A stretch of 64,000 nt of DNA from Hormiphora californensis (lineage: Eukaryota > Animalia > Ctenophora). Below, piece by piece: positions 40,601 through 53,193 of this stretch. The DNA lies in contig CM035355.1 of NCBI GenBank assembly GCA_020137815.1, positions 310,001 to 374,000 on the forward strand, written 5' to 3'. Positions within the stretch are counted from its first letter, which is position 1; the number at the start of each line of letters is the position of its first letter. A model generated the notes under the pieces. The model did no database searches. It had not been told where the DNA came from and worked only from the letters and a program-made list of their open reading frames with translations. Both the position numbers and the translations under genes were made by a program.

Positions 40601-41274
40601 CATGTATCACATGTCGTGTGGGCTGGCAGTTTTTGGGCCGGCCGCAACACGTTCATGCCACATACTAGGAGATGGGATAAGGGGGCAAAGAGGCATATTT
40701 TGGGCCTGCCATACTATCCCGTCGAGCTAGGGTGCTGCTGTGCACACCCGAGTAGTATAGTTGTTGTGTATTGGTGGGTGAGCTGTGCTCCCTTTGTAAA
40801 ATAGTAATCAGGGGGTTGTGTTCAGGGACGAGGGAAGGGTTTGTAACTTGCCACCCCTAACAACCATCCCTTCTTCCAGTGACTTCAGAGGGTACTGCCA
40901 TCGCGACAGAGTACCTCACTGCATTTGTCAAAGAAGCCATTGATCGTGCCGTACAACAAGCCAAAACAGAATCATCCGAGACTGTAGAGGGAGACCATCT
41001 TGAGAAAGTTATCCCACAACTGGTTAGTAGTTCTGTTTATAATACTGAAACCGAAATACTTAATTCTCAATAACTGATGATAGTTGTTACGTCATGTTGA
41101 TTGTTGTTAGTTGTCTCTTATTAGTTTTTAACAAATCTCTCTCTCTCTCCCTCAGTTACTCGACTTCTCTAACAAATCTCTCTCCCTCAGTTACTCGACT
41201 TCTCTAACACATCTCCCCCTCAGTTACTTGATTTCTCTAACACATCTCCCCCTCAGTTACTCGATTTCTCGTAA
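37693..41274 (+). CDS. CENPX: Centromere protein X (STRA13/MHF2); 4 exons
   Basis: Exons 37693-37728, 37812-37863, 40880-41022, 41257-41274 (GT-AG, phases 0,1,0) give [82 protein letters not shown]. This matches the CENP-X histone-fold signature (F..E.V..LL..HF...KTK; LEKV.PQLLLDF). Confidence 0.9.
38100..40130 (+). CDS. DNAJC16: DnaJ subfamily C member 16-like (ERdj8) ER co-chaperone, intronless, nested in CENP-X intron 2
   Basis: First ATG at 38100. Signal peptide [18 protein letters not shown]-domain (DPHSVLGV...[12 protein letters not shown]), thioredoxin-like WCFLC segment, further Trx-like regions and a TM helix ([17 protein letters not shown]). AATAAA at 40137. Confidence 0.85.
   Translation: MKLILLTVGFLIITVHCSRDPHSVLGVSRGASKSEIQKAYRKLARKYHPDVSTEPNAEDKFTEVVAAYEALTKEPEPQQQQHRSRSYQQEFYFNGQRYTFSSGGGFNGFHFNDNSRREPHKDSPILTVKRFEQEVLPDSYSAVHLVKVTSRWCFLCMEYDRAWPDVIKHFKPYHMSFWELPYDSSNMRSKISVYEIPSFLVIISGRVYHYTSILSIGNLEAFILSKLQSNLVIEQVTDRSVDNFVGDFTDYKAKLIFVSKKLSFSQAMAAFKYKDHYKYGLSSTASDEGANLHQLLPRGEGVIIFKEDYPAISRKDSPGTIDQMIRILDLEKSLILPKISSPQTFDETCKVSDTQPCVIFVFESKADYSTTRSLIQTGELVFKRNYQFSFLYRDAQFQFIESFYPPYPVSNTLILWRHSYKTAQFTWLPRWDLLNVAVLYQNLKSSSPGGLITLGTITNEHAPSIVDNIIEFFRYSGESIIAQVHVISLNTWLSIISIITLFCVTFLINTEQPHQDRHDGQQEEQRTFRRNTPSVELLELNEGTISRLLPTGRSQISLLIVCDRRNDVALPVKVVSAQLKELARTSNFQLATVSQSDYKSWLLRFAEHAGCRLIEGSVIAVNFNKKYYNFFTPVNMCSNSSLGNLQDRVTLWFERLCEGSLPRFNLESMELPTIST
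41131..41274 (+). repeat. Tandem 33-35 bp repeat, 4 copies of the CENP-X terminal acceptor plus LLDFS codons
   Basis: Unit (A)CA(A/C)ATCTC..CCCTCAG|TTACT(C/T)GA(C/T)TTCTC. Acceptor AGs end at 41155, 41190, 41223 and 41256. Confidence 0.9.
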
Positions 41275-41275
41275 G

Positions 41276-44200
41276 ATGACACTCAGCTTCATGGACGAGT
41301 TTAACTTTTCACAGACCTACGCCACACCTCAGACAGAGGAGTGTACAAAATGCTCAAAACTAAACACAGAGGTAATGTTGGACCTAGTGAGGCTAGTATT
41401 GCTATCTCTTCGGGAGAGTTTAGAAAAATTATTATTCGGATTGTTAAATTCTTCAGACTAATGATAACAAAGTTAGCCCACTATCACAAACATGTTTTGA
41501 ATTCTCTTTCAGAACACAGAGTTAAAGAATCTGCTGGCGACAATGAAGCAACAAGCGGCCAAGACTGGTGAAGTGCTGAAGAAATTCAATGCGGTCTTGA
41601 AAGGGAGTCAAGCCCAGAAACAGAAAATTGAAATGGTGAGTGTTACACAGTTTATCTTTTTGTTATTCCACGACCTTTTTCAATTTTCGAGCGTATAATA
41701 CCCTCTCCGCTGTCTCTACCAAGTGAGGGAACATATATGAAAATTTAATTAATGTTCCTAACATCCTTCTCCCTCTTCCCAGTTGGAACGACGCGAGGAA
41801 CAGAGATCAGGAGAGCTCCAAATGGTTCGATCGCAACTGAAGCGAGCCCTTGATAACCCCGGGGAAGACTACCAGAGGAAGATAAAACACCTGGAATCAG
41901 AGCTGGCCAATGAGAGAAGTGCTAGTGGTCACGTGAACAGACAATTTGATACCCTCCAGAAGCAGATTGAATCTCTGGACGAGGAGAGAAAGGGTCTGGC
42001 GAAGGAGAAGGCGAGCCTCAAGAAGAAGCTGGAGTACATCACTGTTAAGTGTAATAAAGCGGAGAAAGCAGCTAAACAGGCACCTGCATCATCTGCATCA
42101 GGTGCTTCAGCAGTATCTGGTGGTGGTGGTGATGAGGGGTCGAAGTTGGCTGATCTGAGGAAGGAGATGGGGGTGTTGAAAAGGGAGAACACCCGTCTTC
42201 AGAACTTCAACGAGACGAAGATAAATGACCTGGCTGACAGGAAGAATAAAGACATTACAGCCCGACTCACCAGTATGGAATCCATGATGCAGAGTATGAT
42301 GGAGAGCATGAGGGATAACGTTGCTGCTACCTCTGCTGCTGCTGGTGTCAGAAACACCTACAGAGGTACCCCAAAGATGTCGCCCAGTGGCAAGAGGATG
42401 GGACGACCTCCCAAACGACGTTTTCCCTCTCCAGAACCGAGTGAGGTTGAGGAACCCTCAACACCCCCACCTCGGTTCAAGAAGCCAGTAACACGGCCTC
42501 TAATGAGGGAGACCGCCCTAACAGATGACTCCGCATCTGATGGTGAGCTAGCAAGTCAATTGGAGTCTTCTCTGAACGATGTGTTGATCTGTGATCCCAT
42601 TCTCAAGACACCACCAAGGAAAAAGAGGGGTCGCCCATCCACCAGAGCTACATCTCAAGCTGCCGTACAAGCCATGGCAGTTGCTATATCAGCTAGGAAA
42701 GCAAAGGAAGCAGCTCCTTCACCATCTGGAAATACTCCTTTACCAACTGCAACAGAAAAGGTGGCAACTAACACTCCATCCTCTCAACCATCATCATCTT
42801 CCCGGCAATCCACCAGTTTCCAATTCCCTACCAGCGCCATATTCGATCTATTCCTACCGCTCCCAATCATCACACCCCTGGAAGCTCCAGTAACAGTCGG
42901 AGAATCATCCGCTGTTAGTGAGAGTCCGATAATTCCCCGTGAGTCAGCTGATACACCAGTTAAATCCGAGTTGAGTTCTTCAACAGCATCCCCCGCGGCG
43001 GTGAAGGCAGAACCTGCGGTGGACCCTGTGGTACCTGCCCCCAAACCAAGTTTCATACCGGTCCGGTTTGTGAAGGCAACGTCAGCTGTTCAACCTGTTA
43101 AACCTGTTCAACCTGTTGAACCAGTCAACATGGCTAAACCTGTTGAAATTGCTAAACCTGTCGTAGTTCAACCTGTGGTAGTTGAACCAGTTGAAATCGT
43201 TAAACCTGTGGTAGATGAACCTGTTGTTGAACCTGGTACTCCGGTGAAAAATGAACCTGAACCTGCAGATCTCCCAGTCATCTCTCTTGAACCTGAACCT
43301 GTAGGAACACCTGTGAAGGGTGAGGCATTCGAACCTGCTGTGAAACAAATCCCTGAAGTGGAGGAGAAACCTCTCACAAAGTTGGAACCTCTTCCAGTTG
43401 TTTCCGATCCAGTGGTAACAACTGTAACAACACCTGAGCCCGTATCACCCGCCGCTCCTTCCCTTGTTCCAGTTGCAAAGCCTGAAACTACCGCCGCTCC
43501 TACTCCTGTGACAAAGCCTGAAACTCGCGAAACACCTGTTCCCGAAACCGCTCAGGTTCCTCTCACTGTGGCGCCTGTTCCCGAAACCGCTCAGGTTCCT
43601 CTCACTGTGGCGCCTGTTCCCGAAACCTCCCCGGTTCCTGTGGAACCAGTAACCCCTGTCAAACAGGAGGTAGCTCCCAGCAATGGTCCTGCAACTCCGA
43701 CCAAAGAGGAGCCAGTACCAGTGCCGTTTGGTAGCCCTGATTTCCAGCCGATTTTCATCAAAAACAGGCGGGTCCGGTCGACTCAGCCAGTCCTAACCCT
43801 CCCTCCCATTATAATCCCTCCTGTGAAGAAGGAAGAGAAGGTTGAGGTAGAGGTGGAGGTGGAGGATGAGATATCAGTGATATGTGATCTCTCTGGGAAT
43901 GGAGATCAGGTATCAACAGCGCAACTAAAAACATCTCCAAAAACCCCAGAAGATACCCCTGTTGAAGATACCCCTGTAGAGATGGCCCGTCCTGTCACTC
44001 CTCCCCCTGCATTCCACGCATCGTTCTCTGATACAATAGTCACTGCTAATGACATGCAGTGTGCATTTGAAGTTGACGTGTTATCCACCAACAGTGAGAG
44101 GAAACTGAGACGAGTTCAGAAGATGTTGAACTCGGAGGGAAAAGGGGCGTCTCCTACAAAGAGGTTACGAAGAAGAACTATTAGTTTGAGTGAACCAGGA

Positions 44201-47113
44201 TTGAAGAAAAGAAGGACGGCCAGTACTGACAAGAAGAGCGGTGTGAAGAAGGGAAGTAAAAAGGACCAAGTGAATGGAATAGAACCAGTGGTAAATGGTA
44301 ATATCACAGTATCTCAAGACCTCCCCGAGCTATCCACCACTTTGTCTAGTTCAGCCACAGTATCTCAAGAGCCTGGCCTCTCCTCTTCCACCACAGTCCA
44401 GACGCTGTCTAGTTCAGCCCCAGAAGTTGCAGTCCCAGTTGCCCTAGAGGTTTCAGTGCCAACAGAAGACGTCTCGTGCGATGATGTGCCTCTAGCTATT
44501 GTTTGTGGAGATGATGAACCCTCCACATCCACCGCTACGGATATCCCACCGCCTGTTGAGGAGGTGGAACCATCCAGAAAAAGGAAGAAATCCACAGCTC
44601 CTATAGTGGAAACTATCTTCGACCTCTTCATTCCCCTTCCTCAGATTACTAAACCTGATCTAACCACCACCACCCCCGCTCCACCAACTCCTGCCCAGCC
44701 CCTCAACTCTGTCCCACTCCAACCCTCTGTTGTGACAACACCAGACGGACTACGCTTCCTGCCTGGATACGAAGATTACGAAGATGTGAGGTGTGATAAG
44801 AAAGTTGGGCAGCTCATCACTGAGATGTTTAGGAGGAACATGTACGACAGTGATCCTGATTTGGGGTACCTTTACCGGACATTGGTCTACAACATTCAAC
44901 ATGGTAATATTATTCAGCCTGATGTGAAGTTTTGTGCTGTCATCAGGAATGAGATTGTCATCAGAAACGGGATTGAAACAGCTCAAGCCCCTCCTCCTGT
45001 CTCTGTCCTAGTGGAGTTCTTCCACTCTCTTCTAACCAAGATTTCTGAGGCATGTCCCGGGTTTGGTAATGATGTCTTGAAGCAATTGTTCATGAAACTA
45101 ACAAAAGGTGGAATTAACTTTGATAATCGGATACCGACAATGTTCCAGTTTTGTGTCCAACTTTCCACCGCCATGTCAAGTTTTGAAGATCTCCGTGCTC
45201 ACGTGATCCGGGTTATCCTCCGGAAAACCATCCGGAATTCCTACCAACTGATGAGCCAACTAAACCAGATCACCACAGAGGTCATGCTAGGTGTTAGCAG
45301 TCCTAAAATGAACAGGAAGGACAACTTGCTGCACTTGTTGGGGTTGGAGTTCTTCCTGAGGTATGGTAAGGTGAGGTATAACCCTGCTACCACACAGTGG
45401 GGTTATGTTCACCAGTTTAATGTTGAACACAGACTGATAAAGAGGGCTCTAACTGCTGTTACTACTAAAGGAGAGGACGACTGTGGAACTGATGAGCAGG
45501 TCAGTACAGAATACACACGCTTACACACTGGTATGTAGCGTCTTGGACTGTTAGTTACATTCTGTGTGTAGACCAGTGGTGGCCCCAGCCTGGGGTGGTG
45601 GGGGGGTGGCCACCCCCCCAAAACTTTTCAAACAGGGGTTGTTGGGGGTGGTAAAATAGCTTTAAAATGTGTTCTAAATTGCTTTAAATTGATCAAAATC
45701 TTAAATTTTCCGGGGGCTTCGCCCCTAACCCACACCAAGGGCTGAAAATCGTTAGAATATTGTTCTAAATTGCTTAAAATTGATCAAAAACTAAAATTTT
45801 CCGGGGGCTTCACCCCTTACCCACACCAGGGGCTGAACATCATTAAAAAAGTTTTCTAAAAGGGCTGAAAATTGCCCCCACCAAGGGCTGAAAATCGACA
45901 AAATATTGCTCTAAATCGCTTTAATTCATCAAAATTTCCGGGGGCTTCGCCCCTTGTGACTGAAACTCGTTGAAAAAGTTTTCTAAAAGAGCTGAAAAGT
46001 GTTAAAAAAGTTGCTCTAAATTGCTTAAAATTCATCAAAAACTAAAATTTTCCGGGGGCTTCGCCCCCTAGCCCCCACCAAGGGCTCTGCCCCTGGACCC
46101 CGTTGGGGGGCTGCGCCCCCCAAACCCCCTGCCGCAGCTCCCTCGGCGCCGCTTTGCGGCACCTCGGTCGCTAGGCTTGGAGTTGAAGTGTGGCCTTTGG
46201 CCACACCACCCCCCCCAAAAAATCCGGGCTGGGGCCACCCCTGGTGTAGACGTGTATAAAACTAAAAACGGTATCTGTTTAGATGTCATTCATCACTTTG
46301 CATAAACATCTGGCTAGTTTATTATAGTCTTTTCTCTTCCAGCTGAATGTTGCACTATTCCTGTGTGTAGAAACAGTGTAACTATCAACGAACTAATCTA
46401 TATAAAACTTCTCTCTCTTCAGGGTTTATTGTGTCTACGATTGATGGCTAAATCACAGACCTGGGATTGGGTTATTGGTACCCTTCCTACCTGAAATGTT
46501 CAAGGTTTTGGAAAGTACCACGGAGTACGGTGTATCAAGGTGAGTGTGTAATTAGTAATCACCCCTCTAATGATTAGGATCTAATTAGTGTATGATACAT
46601 TTTGAAATTATACTTAGTTCAGCTAACCAATTAATTCACAGGATGTTGAGTGCAATCAGTCACCTAATTGTCTCTGAGATAACGGATAACAGGGCTGATA
46701 TTGCTGTCATCAGAGAACGACTTGTACCCTGTATCATTGATATTGCATCTTCAGGTACTAGCACAGTTGCCGCGAGCCGCAGTACAAAGCAAACAATCCG
46801 GGTTTAAAATGTCTGCGCGCCATTCAATATCACATGACCTTATTTGGGAAAATGCCAATTTATTTGTCTTCAATTGACACCGTGACAATTGTGCTGGTTT
46901 ATTAACCCCTATTTCCCTCCTTCAGGACCTACCGAGGATGTCAAGATGTCAGCTATAGGATGCTTGGTTGATGTCTATCCAATTTCCCCAGAATCTATCC
47001 GACCCGTCTTGCAACACTGGCATAATGTGAGAAACACAGCCCGCCACATGATATCAGACAGTGACAGTTTCAGAGAACTAGAGAAATGTGTGTTGAAAGT
47101 TTTAACCAAATGA
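41276..47113 (+). CDS. ICE1: Little elongation complex subunit 1 (ICE1)-like; 6 exons
   Basis: Exons 41276-41371, 41513-41635, 41783-45499, 46423-46539, 46642-46754, 46926-47113. N-terminal CxxC (CTKC) plus coiled coil, long P/S/T/E-rich disordered middle, and a C-terminal helical domain (LRLMAKSQTWDW...KMSAIGCLVDVYPISPESIRPVLQHW) resembling the ICE1 C-terminus as recalled. Needs one +1 correction at CCC 46481-46483. Confidence 0.72.
45574..46243. mobile_element. hAT-type MITE in ICE1 intron 3
   Basis: 8-bp TSD GTGTAGAC (45566-45573, 46244-46251). TIR CAGTGGTGGCCCCAGCC / GGCTGGGGCCACCCCTG. Internal tandem AAATTTTCCGGGGGCTTCGCCCC units. Confidence 0.85.
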
Positions 47114-48069
47114 TTAGGCTTATCAGCTTGGTTTTGTCACAGTGTTTTTAGCATAAAGTTTTAATTTATTCGTTTTACAAAATGAGCTGTTTCTGTTTGT
47201 CATTGAAGTGCCTAAAAAAGAATGGGTTTATTGCTGTGAGAGCATTGGCCTGACCCGGTGACCGACGGAACTTTTCATCTAGCTGAGAAACTTGACAAAT
47301 TTGGAGGGGTCTCACTCAGATTTTCCCACGAGTGGAGCGCGTACTTTGCTCACATTGTCTACTTTTTACTTGAAAACATCGCGCGTCTCTCACCGCAGTA
47401 GTCTTCGTCACATATTGGCACACATCTTTCTTAGAAGTGAGGCCCGTCAGTGTTCGAATGGCTGTCAGGTTTCGATTCACCAGGAACATTGACACTGGGC
47501 GGCTGTAACATCGGCCCGGTGCAGTGAGGACAGTCTTATTTGGGAAAAGGAATATATACTATTCATGACAACTTAACCACTCAGAACAGCATTTCCTAAA
47601 TATCACTTGTTATGTTCTAACCCTCCCTTTCGCCCGAAACACATGCACAGTCTAGCTTGGCAATACACTACTCACTAGCTCCATCATAATTTGTGGAAAA
47701 TTAGCTAATAATTACAGCACCAATACTCTAGAAATTTCGAAAGAAATGCATTGTCACTGACGTCTGACCACTGTCGGCTGCCATAGTGTCATTTCATGCC
47801 TGCAATTTCTAGCAGTACCTATAAAAATTAAATTCCATGGAAATTGTGACAGCACCCTCCCGGAAACATTAATAACTCGTGTGAATAATTCGTCCCTCCC
47901 ACGACCTACAAATTCAGGGAGGAGAGAAATGGAATTTCTAGATTAATATTGTAATTCAGCCTGTTTCCTTGATGTATTCAATCACCTTCTCTTCCCGATT
48001 GTGTGCAAGCCATTCAGTTCACATGTGTTGCTGTGTATTTGGCATCGTTTGTATCTGAAGAGAGCATTG

Positions 48070-48120
<51 letters not shown>

Positions 48121-48183
48121 AGAGAGAGAGAGAGAAGAGAGAAGAGAGAGAGAGAGAGAGGAGAGGAGAGTGAGGAGAGAGAG

Positions 48184-48226
<43 letters not shown>

Positions 48227-48613
48227 AGGGAAGGTGGGGAGAGAGAGAGAGAGAGAGAAAGAAAGAGAGAGAGAGAGTGAAAGAGGGAGAAAGAGAGAGA
48301 GAGAGACAGAGAGACAAGGCCGAATATGGTATTGCATGTAGAGTTCATCATATTAGTTGAATTGCTTCTTTGATCTCTTACAGGCTGCAGTATTCGGCTA
48401 AAGGAAGTGAATATAATATCACTCTTTCTTTTTCCAGAGAATTACCCCTCCCTTGCCTGGCTACACTCTGTTTCGGGCGCCCTAACCCTTCATTTACAAA
48501 TGTAAAGGGAGGGTTAGAACATAACAACCCCTCTCTGTAAAGAGGGACCAAATGGTCCTTGGACCCTGTTGAGTTTCAATAATTTCTAGAATCAATGATA
48601 TATTTGGTCAGCT

Positions 48614-49458
48614 GGGGGGGGGGGGACATGTTAATTTTGTTAACTTTGTTAATATTAACATCGAAAAAACAGGTGATTTATTAACATAATTAACAAAAGT
48701 TAACAAACATTAACAAATGCCATTTATACCATCTAAAGTCCCTTTAGCACGTGTTTTTTGGTATTACACATGCTGCATGTTGTTCTGCGAACAAAGATGT
48801 TCATTCTGCATGATTTGCATACCCCCAAGCCGTCTACTACAGCCTTCCCACAACGATTTGTTCCATTTTTTAAATTCGAACAAAAACTAACCAACTTGAA
48901 CCGCAATTGAGGTCAAATGACACTAATCCACATTTTCCAACCTTAAAAACTTAATAAGACTCATAAATTTACCTTCAATCGAAAAATATCCCAAAAATAA
49001 TTTTTTCTAAAAAAACACAAGGATCTGTAGCGAAGCAAATTTTCAATTTTTGACCAAAAAAGCAATTTTGGGAATTTTTGCGTATTTTTCAAACAGAAAC
49101 GTTGTACATCACTTTCTTTCGTCTGAAGAATGGATTATCAATGAAAAAATTACATTCAAGTGACATTTTACACGCTAAATTGAAATATTCGTACTCTTTA
49201 AATTTTGATCGATTTGGAGCCAAAAAACTTGTATGTTGGACTTTGGTTATCGGAGGAGGCCTTGCATGGGTATACAAACGTTAGATAAGTTATTAAACTA
49301 CAAAATTAAATCAGTTAAAGTCGTATTATCAACCGATAACACCAATATTTTAGCATTTGTTAATTTTGTTAATTTTGTTAATTAACGTTAATTAACAAAA
49401 TCGGAAAAAAGAGGTGATTTATTAACAATTAACATGTCCCCCCCCCCCCCCCCCCCCC
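48614..49458. mobile_element. MITE with poly-G/poly-C termini and 8-bp TSD
   Basis: TSD GGTCAGCT (48606-48613, 49459-49466). TIR (G)nACATGTTAATT / AATTAACATGT(C)n. Subterminal TTGTTAA repeats. Confidence 0.82.
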
Positions 49459-49589
49459 GGTCAGCTCTATTATATAAAACGTCCCTCTCCTTTGAGAACT
49501 GTATTCCATGTGGCTCTACATATGGAGTTGTTATACTGCAGTGGGTTACCCGAGTTTAATAGTTGGAGTTAGTTTAGGCGGTGAGAGGG

Positions 49590-49681
<92 letters not shown>

Positions 49682-49694
49682 GAGAGGGAGAGAG

Positions 49695-49743
<49 letters not shown>

Positions 49744-50434
49744 AGAGGGAGAGAGTGAGGGAGAGAGAGGAGAGATGGATGGCAGAGAGAAAGAATACAC
49801 CTCACACATCTGCCTAGAACTGTTGACATCCTTAGTAAGTTTCAGCTCATCACCGTTATGTGCGCCAGCTTCCCTTCACTTGTTTGTACTGACTTGTTTA
49901 GTCTGTACGGGTGACTGCCTTAAATATGGTCTGGCTACTTTCTGATTTCTCATCCAAAAGATCTAAATGCGACTTCAATAAATTCGTGATTTTGTGAAAC
50001 TAGATTTTTACTGGCTAATGAACCTGCACCGATTACCATGTAAAGCGGCAGGTGTTTTATTGCTCGACCCTCCCTCGCAGTGTCCCGCTTTGTCAGGCAC
50101 TGACTGTAACATCTCGCATGTTGCTCGATGCTTCTCACGCAGCCGCACCGGGCCTTAGGACCGGGTGGGGGAGGATAGTCGTATATGAGACAAGCCCCGC
50201 CACGATAACTATTATAAAGGAGGGTACATAACAGGTGTTTTAGAGTAATGTAGCTAGCAACATTTTACTCCTTCAAAAAGTCCCAATAAGAATTTTGATT
50301 TTCTCATTTCAGCTTATAATCTTTAGCCCCCCATCCTTAGTCCATTCTACAATTTTTTATACGCTGTGATATTTTCTCCCCTTTTCTCTTTCAAGACCAC
50401 GTTAGTCTATTATAACACTAAAAAAATAGACAAT

Positions 50435-50495
<61 letters not shown>

Positions 50496-51804
50496 AAGAG
50501 AGAGAGAGAGAGAGAGAAAGGAGAGAGTCGAAAGAATAAGAGCAAGCAAGAGAGTCTAGCGTGAGAGATAGAGACGCCATGTTTATTATTGACGGTACAT
50601 CCGGCAATGTTTTTACTGTGTTGTAAAGCTACACTAGCCTCTCAACACATTTTCTCCATCTCTCTTCACCTATTTGTCCTCTCTTCTTTTATAGATGTAC
50701 CACCTGTTGCACTACAGTGGCTGTTTAACATTTTATTATTGTGCTCTTCATGTCATGTTCTGATTGCCAGCAACAGTTTTAATGTCACATTGTGACACAC
50801 AATTAGGAAACAGAAAGTCACAAATTCCAGTTCTAATCAAACTTTTTTATATTTCTAGGATTTTAGGATTTCTTTACAGCTCAGATTTCCTCATTCCTTT
50901 CTACCTTTCCTCTTTTACGTCTGCCACATTCACAAATTACAAACTCTATTTTCCCATACACACACACTGCATTCTCTCTGCATTCTCTCACTGTACAAAT
51001 CACATAACTTCCCCTCATTCTCTCTCTCTGTCACTATACCTCTCTCAGTACAATCTCCCTCATTCTCTCTCTCTCTCTCTCTGTCACTATAACTCCATCA
51101 CTATAACTCCATATTTAGAGGGTGTTGAGTGTAGTACACAGAGCTGTAACTCAATACTGTCCATCTGTGTACCTCTCTCTTTATGTGATGCTGCAGCGGT
51201 CTGATATTCATTATTCATGCTTTGTAAACGTACCAACTTGTTTATACGTTGGAACGTCCATTGTAGGGCGAGCAATTCAATAGACTTCCTCTTCTCCGAG
51301 CGGGCACAAAAGGGGCGTGCTGAGCTCAAAACTCTTGTTTGAATTATGGCACATATATGTACATGAGTCTATTACTCTGGTAGTCGCTCTTTAAACAATC
51401 ACCGCACAGTTAAACTATGATCAAGTTCACCATTATGATGTAACTTCCATCCACCAACTGCTATTTAATTACTGCCAGTGTGTGTGTGTGTGTAATTACC
51501 CCGTAATTTCCGGGCAAGTTCCATTGTATCTCGATCACACAATGAGTCTCCAGTGCTCTATCTTATTTGTGTTTGAATGAGCTGTTCCACCAAAGCTTCT
51601 AGCAAAACTTTCTTATTGCGCAGCATCATCTTCTTAGAAGCCATAGCCCTGAAGGTGACCCGTGACCCGTGACCCGTGGGGGAGGATGTGATGCTGTGCC
51701 GGACGCCGGTTTTGACATTGGTTGTTGTATTATCTAGAGAGTTAATCTTGTTGTTGCTTGTAGCGTGAATTAATTAGGATAGAACCAACTAATATCTGTG
51801 TAGG

Positions 51805-53075
51805 ATGACGATCTTCAACGTGCTGGTTGTTGGAAGGAAGGGAATTGGAAAGTCAACTTTTATTGATATCCACACCAACGATGATGGTGAGATTTAGTGA
51901 TGACAGTGTGATCATTGATATAGCTTTGAACATATCGCTCCAATAATTCTTGTAACAGTCTATAAAGTGTAAACGACCTCACTTCAGGCACGTATAACGA
52001 TATGTCGGTCAGTAATGTTGATGGGCATAATTACAAAGTAAAGTACCATGAGTACGAAATGGAAAACGATGTCTCCCAGGTATTTTCTATTTCTGCTTTG
52101 TTTTTTTTATACCGATGTTAGCCCCATTTGAGAAATAGAAACAATCTGAACTTGTCAACGCCCAACGTTTGAAAGTGTACTTCTGACCTCTGTATACAAT
52201 ATAATCTGACTTCTGTCCCTAACAACTCACACCTTCTATTCTAGTACAAGGACAAAGATCTGATTCTGTGTTGCTTTGCTGTCAACGATGTAGACAGCTA
52301 CAAAAGCCTCGAACTGGAGTACATCGAAGAGGTAAGTATGGAGGCTCAGATGTGAGATATCCACAACTGACTGATTTATAGTTGATTTTAATCGAGATAA
52401 ACAGTTCAGCATCAGAATTCCAACCAAATTCCATGATCTCGAAGCCTATGTTTACCGTTTTATTCGTAAGAACCATTGTATCGTTATGTGTGATGTAATT
52501 TATTTTCATATATTCCAGGCTAAGCGTGAGGCTAAGAATGTGCCAATGTTGGCAGTGGGAACCAAGTGTGACTTGAGGGATGATCCTAATCGAGATGACA
52601 TGGTCAGCATCGAGCAAGGAATGGATATGGGACGCAAGGTAAAAACATGAATATATTGGAACCAGCTGGTATCCGATTAGTCTAGAATCTAGACTTCAGA
52701 TTTTCTAATACAGCCGGGAAATGTTGTTCATTTCTCCTATCGAGTATCGGCAACCATACCGATTAAATAGGCCCAATTTGCAACTATACTACATGACAAT
52801 AATTGGACATTTCATATTCCGGTCTCCCTCCCCTCCTCCCTCATCTAACCCCATCGGCCATCCTCCCTCCCATCTCTATTATAATACCCTCCTCCCTCAT
52901 CTAACCCCTCCTCCTCCCTCCTTCCAGGTCGGGTGCTACTGCCTATCTGGAGTGCTCTACAGCCTCCAACTTCAACCTGGATGAACTGCAAGTAGAGATT
53001 GTTCAGATGATTCTACACTACAAAGAAGAAACCAACCACCCACTTTCTCATTCGGAATCGTCAAGTGGCTTCTAG
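51805..53075 (+). CDS. Atypical Rho-like small GTPase; 5 exons
   Basis: Exons 51805-51886, 51988-52079, 52245-52331, 52519-52638, 52928-53075. P-loop VLVVGRKGIGKST, DLILCCFAVND..SY, G4 VPMLAVGTKCDLR, G5 GATAYLECST (after removing one G at 52931-52933). Confidence 0.8.
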
Positions 53076-53193
53076 GACGATAATTAGTTAACAAATTTAT
53101 ATTGTATATTTCGGAGAACTGTAAAAGTAGTAAATGTAAATATAACATTAATAATACTGAATATAATATATATTAAAATTAATTAACTCCAGT

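Noticed and set aside
41131-41274. 33-bp repeats as a CRISPR-like array
   Set aside because: Head-to-tail units with no unique spacers, eukaryotic context and no cas genes.
51230-51644. Possible minus-strand gene starting MASKKMMLRNKKVLLEALVEQLIQTQ, divergent from the GTPase
   Set aside because: An acceptor before the ATG and downstream donors are present, but an in-frame TAG follows codon 28 and later exons cannot be joined confidently. Needs RNA-seq.
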